From: Dehalococcoidia bacterium
GTDB taxonomy: Bacteria > Chloroflexota > Dehalococcoidia > SZUA-161 > SpSt-899
DNA length: 64,000 nt
Direction: 5' to 3'
Assembly: GCA_046545575.1 (NCBI GenBank)
Contig: JBKGZM010000004.1
Location: 2,521 to 66,520 of the forward strand
The notes under the pieces were generated by a model. The model had not been told where the DNA came from. It saw nothing but the letters and a program-made list of their open reading frames with translations, and did not search any database. Below are positions 10,597 to 18,277 of this stretch, piece after piece. The translations under genes and the position numbers were made by a program. The stretch's first letter is position 1. Each line of letters opens with the position of its first letter.

Positions 10597-11436
10597 ATGT
10601 CTCTTTCGACACGCGCATCACCACAACGACATCCAATCATAGCTTTCTTTATTTTGGCTTTTGGAATCTCGTGGCTGTTTTGGGTTCCCATCGCTCTATC
10701 TTCGCAAGGTATTCTCCCTTTCGATATCCCCTTTTTCCTGTTCATACTCGCGGGATATGGGCCAAGTTTGGCAGGAGTCATAATGGCAGGGATCAAGGGA
10801 GGGAAGTCGGGTATCAGGGAATTGTTCAAACGGCTTTTAACGTGGCGTGTCGGCGTCCAATGGTATGCTTTTGCGCTGTTTTCAACGGCTCTGGTAGCAG
10901 CCTGTGCAATGGGGCTGTATCCTCTCTTCAGTGGAGAAAGTATAGAGATAGATTTGCTCAAGCAGTTGGGTTCATTGGCAGGCATGCTCCCTATCATCAT
11001 TTTTCTCGGCGGCCCGGTATCAGAAGAATTAGGCTGGCGGGGATTTGCATTGCCAAAGCTGCTTTCCAGGCACAGCGCCCTGGCCGCTAGTCTGATAGTT
11101 GGTGTGATGTGGGGATTATGGCACCTGCCAGCGTTCTGGATTGCGGGAGCAGGCCAGCACGACCAGTCGGTCCTCTGGTTCATGATAGGGTCTCCCGCTG
11201 TGGCTATTCTATATACCTGGGTGTATAACCATACAAAGGGAAGTTTGTTAATTGCCATATTATACCATACTGCGTTCGACAGCACATTGTATGTAGCTTT
11301 GCCAGCATTTTCTACGGCAGAAGAATTGAGACTCGCATTCGCGCTGACGGTTGGTCTATTATGGGTGCTGGCGATTATCATCGTGGCGGTATACGGTCCG
11401 CAGCACTTATCGGGCAGAATGCAGAGCAGGACTTAA
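10597..11436 (+). CDS. CPBP/CAAX (Abi) family intramembrane glutamic endopeptidase
   Basis: EELGWRG, WGLWHLP and HTAFD motifs; multi-TM; start chosen at ATG 10597 (uncertain). Confidence 0.88.
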   Translation: MSLSTRASPQRHPIIAFFILAFGISWLFWVPIALSSQGILPFDIPFFLFILAGYGPSLAGVIMAGIKGGKSGIRELFKRLLTWRVGVQWYAFALFSTALVAACAMGLYPLFSGESIEIDLLKQLGSLAGMLPIIIFLGGPVSEELGWRGFALPKLLSRHSALAASLIVGVMWGLWHLPAFWIAGAGQHDQSVLWFMIGSPAVAILYTWVYNHTKGSLLIAILYHTAFDSTLYVALPAFSTAEELRLAFALTVGLLWVLAIIIVAVYGPQHLSGRMQSRT

Positions 11437-11467
11437 CAAGATGAGCTTTTTTCGATGAAAGCTTATT

Positions 11468-11656
11468 TCAAGGTGTCCGCCGTAGGCGGCCATCATAGCT
11501 TGACACGGAATCTCGTGACCAGAAATCCTGAATCGGTACCTTCCCGGGAATGTCGCTGATGCTCACCTTCTTGAACCCGTGGGCCCGGAAGAGGTCAAGC
11601 GCCACCTGCCGGATGTGGTCCTTGTTACGTTCCTTCCTGCGCTCAAAACCATCCAT
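11468..11656 (-). pseudogene. TetR-family regulator N-terminal fragment
   Basis: MDGFERRKERNKDHIRQVALDLFRAHGFKKVSISDI matches TetR helices 1-2; similarity is lost before the recognition helix. Confidence 0.7.
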
Positions 11657-11810
11657 ACCTTTCCCCAAACTCTCTGAACTTTTTGTATATTTTTGATCAT
11701 GTTTTATACAAAAAATCTTAATTTGTTAAGGGCTCGAAGTAACCTTAATCCATGGATTCTACTGGTCGAGTTTTGGAAGTGCCATTGCTACGAAAATATG
11801 GGCTGGTTGG

Positions 11811-11832
11811 GTAGGGGAGACTTTAGTCTCCC
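11811..11832 (+). repeat. GTAG-type REP palindrome
   Basis: GTAG-gggagac-TTTA-gtctccc, same GTAG foot and TTTA loop as the copies at 10556 and 13400. Confidence 0.65.
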
Positions 11833-11932
11833 TCCACCTATTGTTCTTCCTTTGAAGAAACGGGGATTTTTGGTTACATACTTGACGTGTGTGGTAAAAT
11901 GAAGATGGATAAGTAAAAGGAGGTAGGTCACT

Positions 11933-12544
11933 ATGCCCTCTACGTTCCCCTCTCTTTTTGACCCTCAAAAAGCCACTCAAGCCTTGAACTTCCTGGCCCG
12001 GAAGGCCGGCGGCCGGATTAATAGAATGAAGGCACTAAAGCTATTATATTTTGCTGATCGCTACCATCTGCGGAAGTATGGTCGCCTGATTACCAAGGAT
12101 GATTATTTTGCCATGTATCATGGGCCAGTTCCCTCTGGCACGAAGGATATCTCTGAATTTAGCAACGTCGTGAGCGAAAAGGATGAAAAATATGCCTCCC
12201 GATATATTGCCACCGTTGAGCGGTATGATATCAGATCAGTCGAATCCCCCGACCTGGAGGTCTTTTCCGATTCTGACATAGAGGCGCTGGACTTTACCTG
12301 GAATAACTTTGGGCACCTGGATCAATTTGCACTGGCAGATCTCACCCACAAATATCCTGAGTGGCAAAAGCACCAGCACTCCTTGCAGGATGAATCGACG
12401 AAGAGGGTCGACATGGTCATTGAGGATTTCCTTAATGATCCAGTTGATGATGTGAACCGATGTTACGATTTAGATGCCGAGGAAAGGGAAGCCCTGAGGG
12501 AGGAACTCAAAGAGACTGCCGAAATTGAGAGACTTTTGGGATAG
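11933..12544 (+). CDS. Panacea (SocA/DUF4065) domain antitoxin
   Basis: KALKLLYFADR, AMYHGPVPS (GPV motif), LADLTHKYPEW; RBS aaggagg; extended -10 TGgTAAAAT at 11892-11900. Confidence 0.85.
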   Translation: MPSTFPSLFDPQKATQALNFLARKAGGRINRMKALKLLYFADRYHLRKYGRLITKDDYFAMYHGPVPSGTKDISEFSNVVSEKDEKYASRYIATVERYDIRSVESPDLEVFSDSDIEALDFTWNNFGHLDQFALADLTHKYPEWQKHQHSLQDESTKRVDMVIEDFLNDPVDDVNRCYDLDAEEREALREELKETAEIERLLG

Positions 12545-12549
12545 GAATA

Positions 12550-12990
12550 GTGGATTTTCCCCCGGAGATTGCAGTTCGTGCTGTCCTCAAGCGAGGCGCT
12601 GTCTTTTATTTTGAAGAGGAGACGCTATCCTCCAGTGAACCACATTACTTTATAGTGATCAACACTGACCCCAAGACAGACGAAATTCTCCTGCTCGTGT
12701 GCTGTTCCTCAAGAACTAACAAGGTCAAACGCAGAAATTGCCCTGAGGAAACGCTGGTGGAAATCTCACCTGAAGAATATCCGGACTTCAGAACAGGGTC
12801 TATAGTGAATTGCAATAACGTCTGGGAGAAGAAAACCTCCGAGCTTGTAGGGAAATATTCTCAGGGGAAACTCAAGTTGAAAGACACAATGAGTGCAGAA
12901 CTTGTTGATAAACTGCAGGCAGCTGTGATAGCAAGTTCGGTGGTTGAGCGGAGGATACAAGCGATGCTTAATCCCCCCTCAAACCCTTAG
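12550..12990 (+). CDS. putative toxin, PemK/MazF-like fold
   Basis: 5 nt downstream of the Panacea gene; LKRGAVFYF...HYFIVIN...SIVNCNNV...MSAELVDKLQAAV follows the PemK/MazF pattern. Confidence 0.6.
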   Translation: MDFPPEIAVRAVLKRGAVFYFEEETLSSSEPHYFIVINTDPKTDEILLLVCCSSRTNKVKRRNCPEETLVEISPEEYPDFRTGSIVNCNNVWEKKTSELVGKYSQGKLKLKDTMSAELVDKLQAAVIASSVVERRIQAMLNPPSNP

Positions 12991-13074
12991 CAGATCCTCC
13001 ACCAACCTGCGTCTGGTCAAACGCTGATGGTATCTGGTCTTATTCGAGTTTGGCTTAACAGGCTGGCCAGCATA

Positions 13075-13176
13075 CATCGAAAGGCCGTGAAAGCCTGGAA
13101 CGGCGAAGGCAATTTCTCGGACTTGCTGCTGGCCGCCCGCGAGGTCACGCTTTCCGGCGGTGAATTGCATTCAATT
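13075..13176 (+). pseudogene. decayed copy of the purB 3' segment
   Basis: HRKAVKAWNGEGNFSDLLLAAREVTLSGGELHSI vs PurB QRNAMKAWQGEGNFLDLLLADPEVTLSDDELRSI (10347-10448), 24/34 aa identical. Confidence 0.88.
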
Positions 13177-13275
13177 GCCACTGGCACCCAAGAAACGGCA
13201 GTGCAATCTTCGAGCGGGTGGGACTGGAGTGAGCAGGCTACCACAATGTCATTCTGGACAGCGGTGAACTGTATG

Positions 13276-13309
13276 GGGTAGGGATGGCCGACGTCGGCCA
13301 TCCCTACCC
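13276..13309. repeat. perfect 34-bp palindrome (GTAG-type REP)
   Basis: gggtagggatggccgac|gtcggccatccctaccc. Confidence 0.85.
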
Positions 13310-13386
13310 GAACACTTTGCTATTTATACTTCAGTGCTTACTCCCTCACTCGTCATTCCGCCCCGCCTTTGGCGGATAAACTCCAA

Positions 13387-13428
13387 CCGGAATCCAGATG
13401 TAGGGACAGGTCTTTAGACCTGTCCGAA
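13387..13428 (+). repeat. 42-bp direct repeat copy 2
   Basis: Identical to 10543-10584. Confidence 0.9.
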
Positions 13429-13632
13429 GAAAGCGGTGTTTAATACCGGAATTTCTTTGCCCTGATAATCCTCAGGGACATCCTCCATGACTATTATTTT
13501 GTAGGCATCCCGCAAATTCTCCTCTAGTTCCTCCACTGTTTCGCCCTGGGTCATAATTTCGGGATACTCAATAAGTTTGCCCAGCCAGAAGGTGTCACCT
13601 CTCCAATATACCATCGTAAGGCTCTTATCCAT
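13414..13632 (-). CDS. HicB-family antitoxin (orphan; stop codon supplied by the REP)
   Basis: YPEIMTQGETVEELEENLRDAY HicB motif; RBS ggaggg; no HicA adjacent. Confidence 0.75.
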   Translation of the reverse strand: MDKSLTMVYWRGDTFWLGKLIEYPEIMTQGETVEELEENLRDAYKIIVMEDVPEDYQGKEIPVLNTAFFGQV

Positions 13633-13824
13633 GTTTCCCCTCCCTGAATACCGTAGCTAAGTGCATATCAATCTTCGTCACAGTATTCTATTATATATCG
13701 TTGTACTGAGTGCTTACAAAATACCCCACAAGGTTAACAGATGTCAATATCTCTCGGCGAATTTGCTGCGCCGATATTCGATTACAACTGCCCAAGTTAG
13801 ATTTCGGGACTTCCGATGATGGAT

Positions 13825-13853
13825 TTGACAAGCTGCCAAGATGGCGGTAGAAT
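13825..13853 (+). promoter_or_regulatory. sigma70 promoter of the DRT3 operon
   Basis: TTGACA (13825-13830), 17 nt, TAGAAT (13848-13853). Confidence 0.8.
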
Positions 13854-13905
13854 TTACAAAAATACAAACGTAATTCAATAACTCATGTTAGGCCTAGGAT
13901 CTGGG

Positions 13906-15237
13906 ATGTTAGATCAATCTTTTTCTGCTGCCAGTTTCAGGAGAATTCTGGATCAAGAGAATAGAAAGGGCGTTTATTTGGAAGGACGGTATTTCCCAAA
14001 TACTGTTGCGGTAACGGAGCAAATAAAGCAGTGTAACGCAGACATCAAAGAGAAGAAAAAGTCCAGCAGTGTCCCCCAAGATGAAATAGATACGCTGAAA
14101 GAAAAACTGGATAATCTGAAGCAAACCAAAGAAGATTTGCTTATGAAAGAACTCCAGAACTTAAGTGATAGGGTTGTAGACCGAAGTTTCGAAATTAAAC
14201 TAAAGAGAACAGATATTCCCAATAGCAAACCAATTTATACCCCTCAAGATACCCCCGAGCACTATTTTTCCATGAAACAGCTGCAACGCAATGTTGCTAA
14301 TTTATTCGGAGTAAAGCAGGCAAATAGGTCTTCCATTGTGGCTCAAGTTAAGGCACTACTTAATGACAGGTTCCCCAAATACGTTGTGAGAATGGACATT
14401 AAAGATTTCTACGAGAGTATTCCTCATCAATCTTTACTTGAGAGAATTAATGGCGACAACCTGCTGACTCCGTTTTCCAGAAAACTTTTACGACAAATCT
14501 TGAATGAGTATAAAGCAAAATCAGGGAGCGTTACAGGAATTCCTAGGGGGATTGGTGTTAGTGCATATTTGGCTGAGTTATATATGAGGGATGTCGACAA
14601 AGATATCAAAGCATTGCCTGGAGTTACGTATTATGCACGGTATGTCGACGATATAGTGATAATATTCACTCCGACGGCTACCCTCTATAATGTAGATTTA
14701 ATAGACGAACTAAAGTCGATTGTGGGGAAGAAGTATAAATTGGCACTAAATAGTGACAAAACACACGTCTTCGATCTGAGAAACGGGGACTCGTCTCACG
14801 AGTTTGACTATCTGGGATATAAGATTCATTTCGGGAATGGTGAGATCAAGACTAAACTCACAAAGAGAAAGACTGCTAAATACAAAAAACGCATTAGCTC
14901 TGCGTTTGATGAATATGTAAGACTTTCGAGATTCGATGAGAAAAAAGCTCGCAAGCTATTGGTAAAAAGGGTGAGATACTTGACCGGGAACACTAGTCTT
15001 TTAAATAACAAAAACAATATCCTCGTTGGTATTTATTACTCCAATAGTGAGCTGACCGACAATACAGACTTAATTGGAGTAGATAGATATTTAGATAATG
15101 AGATCAACAAAAAAGTTAGTCTTCAACAAGTAAAGCAGCGCTTAAGAAAATATAGTTTTAATGAAGGTTTTGAAACCAAAAAATTTTCCCCTTTCACAGC
15201 ACAAGATTTAAAGAGCATAGTAAAAGTATGGAAATAG
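13906..15237 (+). CDS. drt3a: antiviral reverse transcriptase Drt3a (UG3-type)
   Basis: RT motifs DIKDFYESI, GIPRGIGVSAYLAELYM, YARYVDDIVII; N-terminal MLDQSFS...ENRKG; AT-rich; directly upstream of a second RT. ORF open from 13885, ATG 13906 preferred. Confidence 0.88.
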   Translation: MLDQSFSAASFRRILDQENRKGVYLEGRYFPNTVAVTEQIKQCNADIKEKKKSSSVPQDEIDTLKEKLDNLKQTKEDLLMKELQNLSDRVVDRSFEIKLKRTDIPNSKPIYTPQDTPEHYFSMKQLQRNVANLFGVKQANRSSIVAQVKALLNDRFPKYVVRMDIKDFYESIPHQSLLERINGDNLLTPFSRKLLRQILNEYKAKSGSVTGIPRGIGVSAYLAELYMRDVDKDIKALPGVTYYARYVDDIVIIFTPTATLYNVDLIDELKSIVGKKYKLALNSDKTHVFDLRNGDSSHEFDYLGYKIHFGNGEIKTKLTKRKTAKYKKRISSAFDEYVRLSRFDEKKARKLLVKRVRYLTGNTSLLNNKNNILVGIYYSNSELTDNTDLIGVDRYLDNEINKKVSLQQVKQRLRKYSFNEGFETKKFSPFTAQDLKSIVKVWK

Positions 15238-15247
15238 GATTATCGAA

Positions 15248-17284
15248 GTGAAACGAAGAAAAACAACAATTACTAATAAAAAAGAGCGAGTGATTCTTTC
15301 TGATGTATTACCTTATGAAATCCCCGCCATCTTTTCGAATCGGCATCTCTATGATTTTCTTGTAGAGAACAAAATTAAAATAAACGGCGATGCAATCACA
15401 TGGGGGGAAAATACTCCTTTTCTTCCGGACATAGTGAAGCTAATCTTTGGACTTCAGGAAAGGGCCCCAGTTTCAGGCAGTCAAATCAAAATAGGGGCCA
15501 AAGATATGAAGGCTATACCTTTTACATACAAAGTATCTCACAAGGAAGATGATTTTAGAGAATTAACCATAATCCATCCTAAGAATCAACTCGCGATGAT
15601 AGAGTTCTATGAAAAATATGAGGCTTTGATCCTGTATTACTGTGATGTCAGTCCTTTCTCTATTAGGAAGCCACACAAAGTAGCAAAGTTCACATATCGC
15701 AAAGACAAGACGCATTTTGAGAATCTAGCTCATGACCACGAACATAAGGCGGTCGAAGAATTTGATAAGGAGTATGAAAACCTTAAGACATATTTCGTCT
15801 ACAAAAGTTTTAGTAACGTCTATAACTTCTATGAGTCCTATAAATACCACAGATGTGAAAAGAGATACAATCGACTCTTCAAGTTTGATATTTCAAAATG
15901 CTTCGACAGTATTTATACACATTCTGTTACTTGGTCGTTATTAAATAAAATCATCGTAAAAGATAACATCGAAGCCTCAAAAGGCACTTTTGGCGGCAAG
16001 TTCGACAATCTTATGCAGAATTTAAACTACGGAGAAACAAATGGGATAGTCATTGGCCCCGAGTTTTCGAGGATATTTGCTGAAATGATCCTTCAGCAAA
16101 TAGATTATTCAGTATTGTGCACTTTAGAAGAGAAGGGGATACTTCACAAGACAGATTACGAGATATTCCGCTATGTGGATGACTTCTTCGTTTTTTATAA
16201 TGAAGAAAAAACAAAAGAGGCTATTCTTGAAGCGTATCGATTACAACTAAAAGAGTACAAGATGTATATAAACGACTTGAAGTCTTTCTTGCTTGACAAA
16301 CCAATAATTACAGGGCTAACCAGAGCAAAACAGCAAATATCCGATCTCATCAATGATAAACTCTCGTTTAGGCCATTAAGTAAGAACAAAACCACGGATG
16401 AGGCGGAAGAAGAGCAATATTCCTTTTATGTTAGTTCTAATAAGCTAATTACTAAGTTCAAGGCAATCATCAAAGAGACAGAAGTGATCTATAAGGACAT
16501 TCTGAACTACACCTTGGCGTGTGTTGATCGAAAAGTTCTCAAACTCATTAACTCGTATAACAAACTCAGTGCTGAAGACAGAAAAGAGCAAGAACCCAAA
16601 ATCACAAAGGCAGTCATAGAAATACTTGATTTTACTTTCTTTCTGTACTCAGTCTCTCCAAGGGTCAATACTACTATCAAACTTTGTATGATTATAAGCA
16701 AGCTTACTAAGTTTTCAAGGATCAAGGGAAACTTCAATTACGACAATAAGCATCTGATACTCAAAAAGATATACGACGATATTTTCTTGGTCTTAAGAAA
16801 GAACAAAAGCTCTGAGCATATTCAGGTCGAGACACTCTACTTGCTTATAGCATTGAAGGACCTCGGAAGGGAGTATCGGCTCGATGAGGGTTCCCTAAGT
16901 AAATACTTCGATATAGATCTCGAAGAGAAAAGGTGCAAGAACCTTAACTACTTCTCAATTATCGTTCTGCTATTCTACATTGAGAACAAGACGAGGTATA
17001 CCAAAACTCGGAATATTTTAAAGTCCTATATAATGAGCAAGTTTAAAGAAGCCAGCGAATATAATAGGCACAAGGCCGGCGAACTGACACTTCTACTTTT
17101 TGATTTGTTGGCGTGTCCATTCATTGATGAGCTTTTTAAGAGATCTCTTTTGCTCCTTTATGGGATCAAGGATCCGTCAACACAAACTGGGATAATCCAG
17201 CATAGAAAATTCTGGTTCACGAAGTGGACAGATTTCGATTTTGGCAAAGAACTTGACGCCAAGAAGAGCCAGGAAGTATACTAA
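15248..17284 (+). CDS. drt3b: antiviral reverse transcriptase Drt3b (UG8-type)
   Basis: N-terminal SDVLPYEIP; RT motifs FDISKCFDSIYTH, GIVIGPEFSRIFAE, FRYVDDFFVF; long helical C-terminus; GTG start 10 nt after drt3a. Confidence 0.88.
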   Translation: MKRRKTTITNKKERVILSDVLPYEIPAIFSNRHLYDFLVENKIKINGDAITWGENTPFLPDIVKLIFGLQERAPVSGSQIKIGAKDMKAIPFTYKVSHKEDDFRELTIIHPKNQLAMIEFYEKYEALILYYCDVSPFSIRKPHKVAKFTYRKDKTHFENLAHDHEHKAVEEFDKEYENLKTYFVYKSFSNVYNFYESYKYHRCEKRYNRLFKFDISKCFDSIYTHSVTWSLLNKIIVKDNIEASKGTFGGKFDNLMQNLNYGETNGIVIGPEFSRIFAEMILQQIDYSVLCTLEEKGILHKTDYEIFRYVDDFFVFYNEEKTKEAILEAYRLQLKEYKMYINDLKSFLLDKPIITGLTRAKQQISDLINDKLSFRPLSKNKTTDEAEEEQYSFYVSSNKLITKFKAIIKETEVIYKDILNYTLACVDRKVLKLINSYNKLSAEDRKEQEPKITKAVIEILDFTFFLYSVSPRVNTTIKLCMIISKLTKFSRIKGNFNYDNKHLILKKIYDDIFLVLRKNKSSEHIQVETLYLLIALKDLGREYRLDEGSLSKYFDIDLEEKRCKNLNYFSIIVLLFYIENKTRYTKTRNILKSYIMSKFKEASEYNRHKAGELTLLLFDLLACPFIDELFKRSLLLLYGIKDPSTQTGIIQHRKFWFTKWTDFDFGKELDAKKSQEVY

Positions 17285-17289
17285 CACCA

Positions 17290-17405
17290 GAATGCTCCGT
17301 CCAAATTAATAGCCATAGCAATATGGCTCACACACAAGCATTCGCTTTGGTTTCAGATACAATGAGATCAAGGCAATTAAAGCGGCAGGGACGGGCCGCT
17401 TTTTT
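17290..17405 (+). ncRNA. DRT3-associated structured ncRNA with ACACAC tract
   Basis: Stems gaatgct/agcattc; agccata-GCAA-tatggct; 12-bp stem with 3 G-U pairs (17344-17374); terminator-like aagcggc/gccgctt plus T-run; unpaired CACACACA at 17329-17336. Confidence 0.8.
17379..17405 (+). terminator. intrinsic terminator / 3' stem of the ncRNA
   Basis: aaagcggc-agggacgg-gccgcttt followed by a T-run. Confidence 0.7.
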
Positions 17406-17539
17406 ATTAACTTACCCCCGAATAATTTTCCCAGTGACTGACCTTCACCCAAAATCCCCAAAAATATTGTATTGTATCCTAAAGTGTGCTAACATATCCT
17501 CGCTGAAATTTCGCGCGAAAGGGGGTGATGTCCTAACTT

Positions 17540-17731
17540 ATGGACCCTGATTATTTGCTATCAACAGAAGAAGTAGGCGAAATCCTGAAGGTCAGTAAAG
17601 TGACCATCCAGCGGTGGTGCCACGAAGGCAAGATACCGGCGGCGAAGATCGGAAAATCATATCGTATAAACAAGGACGACCTTGACAGATGGTTCAAGGG
17701 AAAGCTCCTGGAGAATGCGGGCTTTAGTTAG
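17540..17731 (+). CDS. excisionase-like helix-turn-helix (HTH_17) protein
   Basis: LLSTEEVGEILKVSKVTIQRWCHEGKIPAAKIGKSYRI; RBS gggggtga. Confidence 0.85.
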   Translation: MDPDYLLSTEEVGEILKVSKVTIQRWCHEGKIPAAKIGKSYRINKDDLDRWFKGKLLENAGFS

Positions 17732-17747
17732 CAATTAAGAAAAGGAG

Positions 17748-18116
17748 GTGGGACCAATGCACCTGATTATCGAAGGATATGGAGGTGATATCCAGAAAAT
17801 AAGGGACACAAACTTAATCTACGAATTTCTCGACAATTGTCCCGACGAAATTAACATGACAAAGGTTTCTACTCCCCAGGTCTCCACTTATGAAGGCTCC
17901 TCACCCGACGAGACCGGGGTCTCCGGATTTGTTCTCCTCGCTGAAAGCCACGTCAGTATTCACATTCTACCCGGTCAATCTTCCCTGAACATCGACCTGT
18001 TCTCCTGCAAGGAATTCAAACCTGAAGACGCTATCAAACTCCTGAAGGAAAGGTTTGGATTAAGCGAGATCAGAAGCTATCTCCTCAACCGTCCTGAATC
18101 AGGAATAGAGGTATAG
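17748..18116 (+). CDS. speD: S-adenosylmethionine decarboxylase proenzyme (pyruvoyl-dependent, SpeD family)
   Basis: HLIIEGYG, GVSGFVLLAESHVSIH self-cleavage motif, IDLFSC. Confidence 0.85.
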   Translation: MGPMHLIIEGYGGDIQKIRDTNLIYEFLDNCPDEINMTKVSTPQVSTYEGSSPDETGVSGFVLLAESHVSIHILPGQSSLNIDLFSCKEFKPEDAIKLLKERFGLSEIRSYLLNRPESGIEV

Positions 18117-18277
18117 AATCATTAGTTGTACGTGCTCTAGTAAGCGCACCAGTACACCAGTACACCAGCATTGTGGTGGTATGAGGCATGTGCTCTCATC
18201 CATCGCAGGCTGATGTCATTTAGAGTAATATCCGCCTGCGGCGGATGCCTCAGGAACGAAAAAGAGGTTGGGGATTT

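Noticed and set aside
10500-13450. CRISPR array or integron attC array
   Set aside because: The repeats are few, heterogeneous and kilobases apart; no cas genes, integron integrase or clear attC R-box pattern.
13885-17284. Retron, group II intron, DGR or CRISPR-RT interpretation of the RT genes
   Set aside because: No VTG retron motif or upstream msr-msd inverted repeats, no maturase/intron structure, no TR/VR pair and no cas1. A tandem RT pair with a downstream ncRNA fits DRT3.
17323-17550. 75-aa ORF after drt3b
   Set aside because: It overlaps the structured ncRNA and terminator, with no RBS or recognisable motif.
17540-17731. Prophage/ICE excisionase marking an integrative element
   Set aside because: No integrase, phage or conjugation genes in the window, and the gene is tightly coupled to speD.
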